Program-made: the position numbers and the translations under genes
In this document: positions 49,389-58,628 of the stretch, piece after piece
Layout: each line of letters opens with the position of its first letter
Position numbering within the stretch: position 1 is the first letter of the stretch
Source of the DNA: Candidatus Methylomirabilales bacterium
GTDB lineage: Bacteria; Methylomirabilota; Methylomirabilia; Methylomirabilales; CSP1-5
DNA: 64,000 nucleotides
Direction of reading: 5' to 3'
NCBI GenBank assembly: GCA_046758505.1
Contig: JBHIAH010000004.1
Coordinates: forward strand, 27,407 to 91,406
The notes under the pieces: generated by a model
Database searches by the model: none
Told to the model about the DNA's origin: nothing
What the model saw: the letters and a program-made list of their open reading frames with translations, nothing else

Positions 49389-50537
49389 TTAGCCGGTCAG
49401 TGGTTCCAAGCCGGAAACCTTGGCCTGTTCCTCCCCAGGACTCCGCGACGCACCGGCCTCCCAGGTGGGTTCGATGCCGCGAACCCGCAGGGCAAAATCA
49501 TCCGGGTTGGACGCCCAGAGCAGCGCCTCCTCGTACGTGATGAGGCCGCGTGCGTACAGTGTCATCAGGGACTGATCAAATGTCTGCATACCGTACTGAC
49601 TCTGCCCGGCGGCGATGAAGTCGGGGATCTTTCGGGTCTTGTCCGAATCGAGAATACATTCCCGCATGGTCGCCGTGACCACCATGACCTCCGCCGCCGG
49701 AACCCGCCCCCGCCCGTCGGCACGCGGGATGAGGCGCATGGAGATGATCCCCTTGAGCAACGAGGCAAGTTGGAGGCGCACCTGCCGCTGCTGGTAGGGC
49801 GGAAAGACTGAGATGATGCGGTTGATGGTTTCCGTGGCATCGACCGTATGGAGGGTGCTCATGACCAAATGACCCGTCTCGGCCGCCAGAATGGCTGTGG
49901 AGATCGTTTCGTAATCCCGCATCTCCCCGACCAGGATCACATCGGGGTCTTGCCGAAGGGCGCTCCGAAGCGCCTCGGCAAAGCTCTCGGTGTCGGTTCC
50001 CACCTCCCGTTGGTTAACCAGACACTTCTTGTCTCGCATGAGATACTCGATGGGGTCCTCGATGGTGATGATATGGGCCGTGCGGTGCGTGTTCATATGT
50101 TCGACCATGGTCGCCAGGGTCGTTGTTTTCCCAGTCCCGGTCGCTCCGGTGACCAGGATCAAGCCACGGGTTTCCATGGACATCTTCTCCACGACTGGGG
50201 GAAGATTCAACTCCTCGATGCTCTGGATCTTGATGGGGATGACCCGCATCACCATCCCGATGGTTGAGCGCTGCTGGAAGATGTTGACACGAAAGCGCCC
50301 GAGGCCCGGCACGCTGTACGCCATATCGATCTCGCGCTTCTCTTTGAAGGTCTCTCGCTGATTCTCGTTCATCACGGAGAAAATCATTCGAATCGCATCC
50401 TCTTGGCTGATCCGGGGCTTCTCGCTCAGGGGAATCAAGCGGTTGTCGATTCGAATGACCGGCGGGCTGCCCACCTTGATATGCAGGTCCGAGGCCTTCC
50501 GCTCAACGGCGATCTTTGCCAGCTCTCCAAGGTCCAT
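49389..50537 (-). CDS. pilT: Type IV pilus retraction-type ATPase (PilT family)
   Basis: ASDLHI, RFRVN, GATGTGKTTT, TIEDPIE, ALRQDPDVILVGEMRD, GMQTFDQ. Confidence 0.9.
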   Translation of the reverse strand: MDLGELAKIAVERKASDLHIKVGSPPVIRIDNRLIPLSEKPRISQEDAIRMIFSVMNENQRETFKEKREIDMAYSVPGLGRFRVNIFQQRSTIGMVMRVIPIKIQSIEELNLPPVVEKMSMETRGLILVTGATGTGKTTTLATMVEHMNTHRTAHIITIEDPIEYLMRDKKCLVNQREVGTDTESFAEALRSALRQDPDVILVGEMRDYETISTAILAAETGHLVMSTLHTVDATETINRIISVFPPYQQRQVRLQLASLLKGIISMRLIPRADGRGRVPAAEVMVVTATMRECILDSDKTRKIPDFIAAGQSQYGMQTFDQSLMTLYARGLITYEEALLWASNPDDFALRVRGIEPTWEAGASRSPGEEQAKVSGLEPLTG

Positions 50538-50666
50538 GATCCCTCCGGCAATTTCCGTTTTTCAGCAGCAGGCATGCATTTTCTATGCCGAACTGGAAGA
50601 CCCCGGCCGGACCCCCGTCCCCTTCCCGACTCGGCGAGAGCCGAGGGCCGATCGACGCCAGGGGGA

Positions 50667-51689
50667 TCAGGCCCCCTCAGACTTTTGGGCGCCGTTCATC
50701 CCCAAAAGGGTCCGCAGCTTTTTGTCGATCTCGGCCACAACCGTCGGGTTTTCCACCAGGAACCGCTTCGCGTTTTCACGCCCCTGGCCGATCCGTTCCC
50801 CTCCGTACGAGTACCAAGCGCCGCTCTTCTCAATCACCTTGTGGGCCACCCCGAGGTCGAGGAGGCTCGACGTACGGGAGATGCCTTCCCCAAAAATCAC
50901 GTCGAACTCGGACTCCCTGAAGGGGGGCGCAATCTTATTTTTGACCACTCGCACGCGCACGCGGGATCCGATCACCCGATCTCCATCCTTGATCGACGCC
51001 ACCCTGCGGATGTCGAGCCGAACGGAAGCATAAAATTTGAGGGCCCGACCCCCCGTGGTCGTCTCCGGGTTGCCGAACATCACGCCGATCTTTTCCCGGA
51101 TCTGATTGATGAATACCACGCAGGTTCTGGATTTCGAGATCGCTGCCGCGAGCTTCCGAAGCGCCTGCGACATGAGGCGAGCCTGCAGTCCCATGGTCGG
51201 CTCCCCCATCTCCCCCTCGATCTCGGCCCGGGGGACCAAGGCGGCCACCGAGTCAATCACAATTACATCCACCGCACCGCTGCGGACCAGGATCTCCGTA
51301 ATCTCCAAAGCCTGCTCGCCTGTGTCTGGCTGAGAAATCAGCAGATCGTCTACCTTGACCCCCAACGCCTCCGCATACCTCGGATCCAGCGCGTGCTCCG
51401 CATCGACAAAGGCGGCCCCGCCCCCCAGCTGTTGCGCCTCCGCAATGATGTGGAGCGCCAGGGTGGTCTTCCCTGAAGATTCCGGACCAAAGATTTCGAC
51501 CACCCGCCCCCGGGGCACCCCACCGATGCCAAGCGCATAATCCAGTTCGAGTGCGCCGGTAGGGATGGCAGCCACCGCCTCCAGGGCCCCGGTCGTCCCC
51601 AGACGCATGATCGCCCCTTTTCCGTACATCTTCTCGATCTGGGTAATGGCCAGATCTCGTGCCCGATCCCGTTCCTGCTTTTCACCCAT
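50667..51689 (-). CDS. recA: Recombinase A
   Basis: [37 protein letters not shown]. Confidence 0.98.
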   Translation of the reverse strand: MGEKQERDRARDLAITQIEKMYGKGAIMRLGTTGALEAVAAIPTGALELDYALGIGGVPRGRVVEIFGPESSGKTTLALHIIAEAQQLGGGAAFVDAEHALDPRYAEALGVKVDDLLISQPDTGEQALEITEILVRSGAVDVIVIDSVAALVPRAEIEGEMGEPTMGLQARLMSQALRKLAAAISKSRTCVVFINQIREKIGVMFGNPETTTGGRALKFYASVRLDIRRVASIKDGDRVIGSRVRVRVVKNKIAPPFRESEFDVIFGEGISRTSSLLDLGVAHKVIEKSGAWYSYGGERIGQGRENAKRFLVENPTVVAEIDKKLRTLLGMNGAQKSEGA

Positions 51690-51746
51690 CCCCCACCCTC
51701 CGTTCTGAAAGGCGCCGTCGTTCGCCCGCTGCCTCTTTCTGGCTGG

Positions 51747-51775
51747 AAATTATGCCATTTTTCTTCACGTGTCAA
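51747..51775 (-). promoter_or_regulatory. Sigma70-type promoter for recA
   Basis: Minus strand TTGACA-17 bp-TAATTT. Confidence 0.55.
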
Positions 51776-51988
51776 CCGGCTCTCGTGCGGTTTCCCGCCC
51801 AGAGAGAAGGCACCATTCAACGAAGCGCATTTCTCGAATCGCGGCGGGCAAGCGGCCCGACAGGTGCCACGGAAAGGGGCTAGAAATGGGGGAAGGGGTC
51901 TGACAGGACCCAATTCCGGCCGGGGCGGACATCAGAGAACAGGCGCTATCCGGGGCGCAGGACGTTTCCGCTGGGGACCCGGAGAGAG

Positions 51989-52468
51989 TTACACCTCTAA
52001 CTTCTTTTCCAACTCGCTGAGCTTTGCTTTCAGGGAGTCCAACTCCGCCTTCAAGCTCGATGGGGTCTCATGCGGGGCGGGCTCCCGGCCGAGCGCCATC
52101 TCACCCCCCCCTCCCAGCCCTGCCCACTGCTTGATCCCCTTTTCCGCCTCGCGCTGCATGGAGATCAAGGCGTCCAGATTGGACGCAAGGTACTGGCGGA
52201 AAATATCGTGGTACATCTCTCCGTACTTGATGAGCTGGTGGAGAAACGGAACGGGAAGGAGATTCCGTCGCTTCTCTTCTTCGAGAAGAATCTGGACCAG
52301 GGTAATGTTGGTCAGGTCTTCCTGGGTCTCGGCGTCCACGATCTTGACCTGACCTCCTTGGCGGATCAGTTCGGCGATCTCCTCGAGCGTGATATACCGA
52401 CTCCGGTTGAGATCGTAGAGCTTGCGGTTACTGTACTTCTTAATCAGAATCTGCTCGTGTGTCACCAC
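51989..52468 (-). CDS. phaR: PHA synthesis regulator (PhaR-type DNA-binding domain)
   Basis: IKKYSNRKLYD...YITLEEI...EDLT..TL.QI, LP..FLHQLI. Confidence 0.85.
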   Translation of the reverse strand: MVTHEQILIKKYSNRKLYDLNRSRYITLEEIAELIRQGGQVKIVDAETQEDLTNITLVQILLEEEKRRNLLPVPFLHQLIKYGEMYHDIFRQYLASNLDALISMQREAEKGIKQWAGLGGGGEMALGREPAPHETPSSLKAELDSLKAKLSELEKKLEV

Positions 52469-52820
52469 GCCTCCGCCGTGCCGCCTGACGTGTGGCTGGC
52501 CGCGATTCTCGCCGGCCTTCCGTCCTCAGGAGTTGATCCACCTTCCCCGTGAGAGTCTCCACCTCGCCCTGGAGGCGCTGCAATGCCTCGAGCACTCGCT
52601 CGACATCACGCGTGGACGGAAGGTGTAAGGCTTGAAGATACGTGTGCAGCGCCTGGTCGATGTGTTCCTTGAGATTCAGAGAACTTTCGAGGCCTTTCCC
52701 CATCGTCGCCAGCATCAGGGGACTGCGCAGAAAGGTATCCATGCCCTCTGACATCATCTTCTGCCAGGCCGCAAGCATCTCCCGGTATACGTCCTTTTCC
52801 CCCGCCCGCTCCTCGCTCAT
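52440..52820 (-). CDS. PhaE-like PHA synthase accessory subunit
   Basis: Helical protein with LHLPSTRDV followed by a coiled coil; adjacent to phaR. Confidence 0.6.
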   Translation of the reverse strand: MSEERAGEKDVYREMLAAWQKMMSEGMDTFLRSPLMLATMGKGLESSLNLKEHIDQALHTYLQALHLPSTRDVERVLEALQRLQGEVETLTGKVDQLLRTEGRRESRPATRQAARRRRGDTRADSD

Positions 52821-52923
52821 CTTCGCCCCGTGCGTCGAGAAGACACCCCGCCTGCGCTTCCGCGCCGCCCCTCCGGCGAACGCTCGAAGTGTCCTCCCCG
52901 ACCCCCAGAGGGCCTCCATCTGC

Positions 52924-52952
52924 AGGATACCAGAGGGGTATAGGCCTGTCAA
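52924..52952 (-). promoter_or_regulatory. Sigma70-type promoter for the phaE-like/phaR pair
   Basis: Minus strand TTGACA-17 bp-TATCCT. Confidence 0.6.
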
Positions 52953-53180
52953 AGCTGAAATGCCACTCTGCGTCACGAAAAAACCTGAGCTTCGATGCCG
53001 CCGGGGCGAACCCCAGCCAATCTCCACAAAACTAATGGAGTACGACTCTCGGGCCGGCGTCTCGCCTGTCTCCTCTTCCTTTCCTCTCCGGCCGATCTTT
53101 CAGAATCCACTTCAAGGACGCGCTTGAGTTTCAAGGATCAGCTGAAGTTTTTCCGCGGGATGGACAGGACAGAACAGGAC

Positions 53181-53211
53181 AAAAAAAGAAGGGGGGCTTC
53201 TGCCCCCCTCC
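53181..53211 (-). terminator. Intrinsic terminator after the small Zn-ribbon gene
   Basis: Minus strand GGAGGGGGGC-AGAA-GCCCCCCTTC-TTTTTTT. Confidence 0.85.
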
Positions 53212-53228
53212 GCGGATTCGACCCCCGA

Positions 53229-53420
53229 CTACAGGTCGGATCGAAACTTGATGGCCCCGCACTTGTCGCAACGCAGGGCCGTTCTTCCCCGACCATTGCC
53301 CGCAAGGTACTGGACCCACATCATCTTGGATCCGTCGGCGGGGCAGGTGTACACCCGGGCGGCCTGACCATTGGTCTCCCGGGAGGCCAGCTTGGCCAAC
53401 TTCCTCTCTCCCTTGGCCAT
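53229..53420 (-). CDS. Small basic Zn-ribbon-like protein (63 aa)
   Basis: CPAD…CDKC pair, AGGAGGTG RBS, own promoter and terminator. Confidence 0.75.
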   Translation of the reverse strand: MAKGERKLAKLASRETNGQAARVYTCPADGSKMMWVQYLAGNGRGRTALRCDKCGAIKFRSDL

Positions 53421-53463
53421 GGAACGGTTTCACCTCCTCTCGCGCCCAGAAAGCAACCGCGCG

Positions 53464-53492
53464 ACGATACGAGGTGACGATGCGCCTGTCAA
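53464..53492 (-). promoter_or_regulatory. Sigma70-type promoter for the small Zn-ribbon gene
   Basis: Minus strand TTGACA-17 bp-TATCGT. Confidence 0.65.
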
Positions 53493-53517
53493 GAGGATTT
53501 TTGGCAAGCCACGACGG

Positions 53518-54477
53518 TTAGGAGCGGGCAAGGGAGCGGACGAGCGCTGCCAGGTGAGCCGGGGTGGTCCCACAGCAGCCGCCGAGGATCGCCGGCCGGG
53601 ACGCCAGCAGGAGGGGAAGGGAGCGCACCCAGCCTTCCGGGTTCTGCGGATCGATCCCCGGTTTTTCTTGTCCGTCGGGGAGCCCTGCATGCGGTTGGGC
53701 AATGAGCGGCAGGGCTGTCGCCTCCCGCATCTGCCGGAGGACCTCCCCCGCATCCGCTGTATCCATGCAGTTGCACCCCACCGCCTGAGCCGCGGAAAGC
53801 TCCCGGGCGGCCTCGTGGGGGGAAGCACCGTCCAGGGTACACAGGCCTCTCCCATGCTGGAAAAACACGAGGCTGACTGCCACGGGAACGGCCGAACCCT
53901 GTTGCGCCCCCGCAAGAGCCACCTGCGCCTCGGCCAGGTGGCTCATGGTCTCGATCATGATCAGATCAACCCCCCCGTCATTCAGGTGGGATACCTGCTC
54001 CGCGAACGCAGAGCCGATCTCGCTCCACGGACCCTTGCGCTTTCCCCCCTGGAAACGCCCCGTCGGCCCCACAGCGCCAGCCACGAGATGCGCGGCGCTC
54101 CCGGCCCTCCGGGCGAGCTGAACGGCCGCCCCGTTGATGTCTGCAACCCGCCCCTCGAGACCGTACTCCTGCAGCCGAAGACGGTTTGCCCCAAAGGTGT
54201 TGGTCTCAAGCAGATCACATCCGACAGCCAGGTAGGCCTCGTGGATTTCGTGCACCGTCTGTGGCCGAGTCAGATTCCAACGCTCCGGCGGGTCTCCCCG
54301 CTGGAGGCCCTTCGCGTGAAGCATCGTCCCAAGCGCCCCGTCGGCCACCAGGAGCCCCCCCGTGGCAAGCGGCTCACGAATCCCCCCCGTGCGTGCTCCA
54401 GGGAGGTTCTGCCCGTCAGGAGGGGGACGGAATGTCATGAGACCCCACCCACGCGGTGCCGTTACCCCGTCGTTCAC
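53518..54477 (-). CDS. Stand-alone homocysteine S-methyltransferase (Hcy-binding) domain protein
   Basis: DGALGTML, ETNTFGAN, Zn ligands GCNC and GGCCG. Confidence 0.88.
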   Translation of the reverse strand: MNDGVTAPRGWGLMTFRPPPDGQNLPGARTGGIREPLATGGLLVADGALGTMLHAKGLQRGDPPERWNLTRPQTVHEIHEAYLAVGCDLLETNTFGANRLRLQEYGLEGRVADINGAAVQLARRAGSAAHLVAGAVGPTGRFQGGKRKGPWSEIGSAFAEQVSHLNDGGVDLIMIETMSHLAEAQVALAGAQQGSAVPVAVSLVFFQHGRGLCTLDGASPHEAARELSAAQAVGCNCMDTADAGEVLRQMREATALPLIAQPHAGLPDGQEKPGIDPQNPEGWVRSLPLLLASRPAILGGCCGTTPAHLAALVRSLARS

Positions 54478-55268
54478 CCGGTGTCTCCTCCGATGATCAC
54501 GCGGCCCGGGTCGATTTCATCCCGCAGAACCGCCAGCTCTTCCCGTCTCGGCGGCTCGAGCACGTTGAGTTGTGTCGCCACCGATGGCTCAAAGCCCATC
54601 CCGTGGACGACCTGACCCGCCGATCGTCCCTCCAACACGCCGAGCAGGCGCATGCGCTTGGTCTCCTCGTCGAACCCGAAGAGGGCTTGCGACGTGACGA
54701 CCCGGTAAGGCCCGGTCCTTCGGGGAAGTCCGGCCGCTTCCCGGGCCCCCAAACCGGCCAGGTACCCCGGGGACGTCATGAAGTCGAGCCGGTCGACGAA
54801 GCGGCGCGGCTCGTGCTTCAAAACGACAATCGTCTTCCAACAGAGGGAGGCTACTTCATTCCCCCCCCCACTTCCCGGGAACCGTCGTCCAGGCTGCTCG
54901 TAGGTCCCCCCGAGGAGGGTCGAATTCACGTTCCCGTACGCGTCCACCTGGAGGGCGCCGATCATCCCATAATCCAGGTACCCGGTGGCGGCATAGGAAA
55001 ACGCCCAGTTCATCGTCGTCCATTGGAGCGACCGGTACACGTTGGAAGCCCCCCCCATGGTGCCTCGGACGAAGGGGGTCAACGCCTGGGGGCCTATCGC
55101 GCCAAACTCGAAGACCTGGACCAGGTGGGGGGTGTAGAGTCTCTCGGCCAAGAGGGCCACGAGCTGGGGAATGCCCCAGCCGACAAAGACCGTCTTTCGA
55201 TCTTCGAGCAGGCGGGCGGCAAGGCAGATCATGAATTCTGTGTCGGTGAAGGGGGGAGCGCCTTTCAT
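54474..55268 (-). CDS. Family I CoA-transferase beta subunit (GctB/CatJ-like)
   Basis: VFEFG (catalytic Glu position), QVDAYGNVNST, PGSGGGN, DFMTSPG. Confidence 0.88.
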   Translation of the reverse strand: MKGAPPFTDTEFMICLAARLLEDRKTVFVGWGIPQLVALLAERLYTPHLVQVFEFGAIGPQALTPFVRGTMGGASNVYRSLQWTTMNWAFSYAATGYLDYGMIGALQVDAYGNVNSTLLGGTYEQPGRRFPGSGGGNEVASLCWKTIVVLKHEPRRFVDRLDFMTSPGYLAGLGAREAAGLPRRTGPYRVVTSQALFGFDEETKRMRLLGVLEGRSAGQVVHGMGFEPSVATQLNVLEPPRREELAVLRDEIDPGRVIIGGDTG

Positions 55269-55388
55269 GTCATCCGTAAACGGTATGGCTCATAGACGGT
55301 CCGCCTCCATTTTCTCCCCGCATCCATGCCGCAGCGGGGGCATGGCGGAACCACCCTTTGCCCGTCGATCCTCATCCGCACGCCGTCG

Positions 55389-56357
55389 CTACCGATACCC
55401 CTCTTTCAGGGATCCCCGCCGAGCCATGGCTGCGAGTTGGTTCCATCCCACCTTCTGTTCCAGAAGCTCGGTGTGCGTTTTCACGCTGTACACAAACGTG
55501 TCCAGATACTCGTGCACCTGCGCCTCGGTCGCGAGCGCGTTCAAGCGCTGGATATGCTCGAGGTCCAGCTCGTACCTCCCCGGAACCCCTCCCGGATACG
55601 CCCCAAAGGGGAGGTGGACCACGCCACTCACCAGGAAGTACGGAATTGTCGTCTGTGCCGGTTCCTTCCGAAACTCGAGGGGATCGATGATTTCCTCGGC
55701 GGAGACAATAACCTTTTTCGAGGCCATGGCGGCCTCCAGGGCGAAGAGGTTGGTTCCGAAGATACGGACATTCCCATACATGTCCGCCTGGTGGACGTGG
55801 ACGAGAAAGACATCAGGGTTGAGCGCCGGGACCACGCACACCGGATCGCCGGTGAAGGGATCTTCCACGAGCTTGGCCCCCGACCGCAGAAACGTATCTG
55901 TCCCCAGGAGGTTTCGCATCGGCATAAAGGGAATCCCCCTGGCGCCGGCGAGCATCCGGAAGGCCAGCGCGCCATTGGTCCATTCATAGACCTGCGCCTT
56001 TCCTTCCACGACCGCCCGTCCGATGTAATTGCCGTATCCCAAAAATCCCACGTCGATCCGGTCGGCACACCCCGCCCCCACGAGAAGGGTGGACTCGTGC
56101 AGCGTGAACTCGGCGCAGATCCAGAGATTCCGCTTGTGCTGTCGGATGATTTCCCGGACCAAGGCCTGTGGGCCCCGCGTCAGGGAAGAAAAATCGTAGG
56201 CGATATAGTCCCCGTCCGCGACAAACCGTGACACGGCTTCCCCTTCGGTCATCAGCTTTTGCCCCGGTTCCCGACCCTTATGGACCTGCACCCACTCCCG
56301 AAAGTCGTCCGGATGAATCCAATGGTAGCCGCTCATCCCCGAGGCAGACACCTTCAT
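55389..56357 (-). CDS. Family I CoA-transferase alpha subunit (GctA/CatI-like)
   Basis: ALVREIIRQ, AGARGIPFMP, VPALNPDV..VHVHQAD.YGN, VIVSAEEI. Confidence 0.88.
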   Translation of the reverse strand: MKVSASGMSGYHWIHPDDFREWVQVHKGREPGQKLMTEGEAVSRFVADGDYIAYDFSSLTRGPQALVREIIRQHKRNLWICAEFTLHESTLLVGAGCADRIDVGFLGYGNYIGRAVVEGKAQVYEWTNGALAFRMLAGARGIPFMPMRNLLGTDTFLRSGAKLVEDPFTGDPVCVVPALNPDVFLVHVHQADMYGNVRIFGTNLFALEAAMASKKVIVSAEEIIDPLEFRKEPAQTTIPYFLVSGVVHLPFGAYPGGVPGRYELDLEHIQRLNALATEAQVHEYLDTFVYSVKTHTELLEQKVGWNQLAAMARRGSLKEGYR

Positions 56358-56464
56358 TGACGCACCTCTCCCCCCTGGGCACACGGGTCGCCCGGAGTCG
56401 ATTCGCCCCGGCACGAGCGAACATGCGGGATGTGGATTGCGGAATGCTCTGTGATCGACACGGG

Positions 56465-57403
56465 TCAGAGACCGGCTTTTGTGAGCAGTTCCTCGACTGC
56501 TGAATAGGGGTCGAGCTCTCGTCGGGCAATCCGGTCAATCGTCTGCTCGAGTGTTCCGTTGGCGGTCGCTCGCTCCAGCAGATGCCGGGTCACCTGCTCC
56601 TGAAGCAGCTCGAGGAAAAGCGCACGACTCCGTTCCCGCTGTCGCGTCTGCCGCGAGCCCGCTCGGTCCAGGTGGGTCTGATGGACGAGGATTCCCTCCG
56701 CCAGTTCGGCGATGCCCTTTCCCTGAATGGCCACTGTCTTCATAATGGGGGGACTCCAGTCCGAGCGTCCCGGCCCAAGGGCCATCATCGCCTGGAGCTC
56801 CGTCACGGCCTTCTCCGCCCCCTCGCGGTCTGCTTTATTCACCACGAAGATATCAGCGATCTCCAGGATCCCGGCCTTGATGGCCTGAATATCATCGCCG
56901 AGACCGGGAACGATCACGACCACGGAGGTGTGTGCCGCTTTGACCACCTCCACCTCATCCTGCCCGACCCCGACCGTCTCAATGAAGATCACGTCTTTCC
57001 CCGCGGCGTCGAGCACATTCACCACGTCGTTGGTGGCCTTGGCCAAGCCCCCAAGGTGCCCGCGCGTGGCCATGCTCCTGATAAAGACCCCCGTGTCGAG
57101 ACTGTGCCGCTGCATCCGAATGCGATCGGCTAAGATGGCCCCCCCCGTGAAGGGGCTGGTGGGATCTACGGCGACGATTCCCACCTCCCTCCCTCCCCGT
57201 CGAAACTCCTGGGTAAGCTGATCGGTAAGGGTGCTCTTCCCAGACCCCGGAGGACCGGTAATTCCGACAATAAAAGCGCGGCCCGTGAACGGATAGATCC
57301 CCTTCAGGGCGGATGTTGCCTCGCGGGAATCATCCTCGATGAGGGACATGAGGCGGGCCATCGCCCGGACATCCCCCTGTCGAACTCTTTCACCGATCTC
57401 CAC
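56465..57403 (-). CDS. meaB: Acyl-CoA mutase-associated GTPase
   Basis: GITGPPGSGKST, AVDPTSPFTGGAIL.DRIRM, IETVGVGQ, NKAD. Confidence 0.95.
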   Translation of the reverse strand: MEIGERVRQGDVRAMARLMSLIEDDSREATSALKGIYPFTGRAFIVGITGPPGSGKSTLTDQLTQEFRRGGREVGIVAVDPTSPFTGGAILADRIRMQRHSLDTGVFIRSMATRGHLGGLAKATNDVVNVLDAAGKDVIFIETVGVGQDEVEVVKAAHTSVVVIVPGLGDDIQAIKAGILEIADIFVVNKADREGAEKAVTELQAMMALGPGRSDWSPPIMKTVAIQGKGIAELAEGILVHQTHLDRAGSRQTRQRERSRALFLELLQEQVTRHLLERATANGTLEQTIDRIARRELDPYSAVEELLTKAGL

Positions 57404-57809
57404 GCCTCATCTCCGTGTTCGGCACCACTCGCGGCGATGGGAGCCACCACCCCACCGCTTTACGTCACGCACGACATGTAGCACAGCGGTCAAACCCTGT
57501 CGAGGAGAAATTGGCGCTGCCACCGTTTCCAGGAAGCAATACGCCCGTTTTCTGTGTATTTAAAATATGAAACGATACATCACTGTACTTAATACTTTAC
57601 TTTAGATATACCGCACGGCCCCTCTCTCCATGCCTTACAGCGGTCCGCCGCGCTCACCATACGTCTCTGGCCCTGAGTGTTGAAGGTGGGGGCGCCACGG
57701 CAAGCACGGCCTGCAGACCGTACACTGAGGATCGCGCGCGCCGCGAACCCCGGAGGGTCCGGCCACGTCAAGAAGCTACCGGTAATCCTGGCGGGAAATG
57801 AAGGGCGTG

Positions 57810-58244
57810 CTAGTTCTTGTCGCTCGGTCGAACCCGCCGCACATGGGTTCGAAGAAAATCGATCGCCACCCCTGTGGGAGTCCCTGGCGTAAACACCTGG
57901 GCGATCCCCGCCTCCCGTAACGCCGGGATGTCCTCGTCCGGAATCGTCCCCCCGCCGAAGACCAGCACATCATCTACCCCACGCTCTTGCAGGAGTTCCG
58001 CGATCCGGGGAAACAGGTACATATGAGCCCCCGAGAGGCACGAGAGGCCGATCGCATCGACATCCTCCTGAATCGCGGCATTCACGATCATCTCTGGTGT
58101 CTGCCGAAGGCCGGTATAGATCACCTCAAACCCCGCATCCCGGAACGCTCGGGCAATCACCTTGGCCCCGCGGTCATGGCCATCCAGGCCGGGCTTGGCC
58201 ACCAACACGCGAATCTTCCGGCCCTCAGTCATCGTTTCGCTCAT
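57810..58244 (-). CDS. Acyl-CoA mutase small (B12-binding) subunit
   Basis: [10 protein letters not shown] (DxHxxG), SCLSGAH, GGTIP. Confidence 0.95.
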   Translation of the reverse strand: MSETMTEGRKIRVLVAKPGLDGHDRGAKVIARAFRDAGFEVIYTGLRQTPEMIVNAAIQEDVDAIGLSCLSGAHMYLFPRIAELLQERGVDDVLVFGGGTIPDEDIPALREAGIAQVFTPGTPTGVAIDFLRTHVRRVRPSDKN

Positions 58245-58521
58245 CGGACGCCACGCTCACCTCTTGACAGATCGCCCCGAAGCCTGGATCGCGTCCCCAG
58301 AGCTCCTGGTCATTGGCCACTTCCGGTCGATACTCTACCCGGACTTCGGGCTCCTCCGACTCGCTCCCAAACAGTGTCCCCTGTTCTGCCTTGGCCCTCT
58401 CCCTGACGCAGGCAGCGATCTCTTCTTCGGTCGGCCGCTCCTCCTTCTCAAAGAGAACCAGATGCGGCTCCAACCTCCCGGTCACCCAGAGATCAAATCG
58501 AACTCCATGTACCTTCCCCAT
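58225..58521 (-). CDS. Acidic hypothetical protein between the mutase subunits
   Basis: GGGGTGAGG RBS, co-oriented, 3' end overlaps the small-subunit start. Confidence 0.6.
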   Translation of the reverse strand: MGKVHGVRFDLWVTGRLEPHLVLFEKEERPTEEEIAACVRERAKAEQGTLFGSESEEPEVRVEYRPEVANDQELWGRDPGFGAICQEVSVASDERNDD

Positions 58522-58628
58522 GTCGCCTCACCCCTCAGCCTGACCGCCGCGGGCGCACCACCGGCCCGAAGCCGCCGGCGTTTTCGACCTATCTTAAACC
58601 GTATTTTCTCCACCAAGTCAACGGGCAA

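Noticed and set aside
48897-51689. pilT between recA and recX as a novel link
   Set aside because: To my knowledge recA-pilT-recX-alaS is an already known gene order in Deltaproteobacteria-like genomes.
57670-57800. tmRNA, 6S RNA or cobalamin riboswitch in the mutase-meaB spacer
   Set aside because: GGGGGCGCCACGG resembles a tmRNA 5' end, but no TTCGAC, tag ORF, 3' T-arm/CCA or B12-box motif follows.
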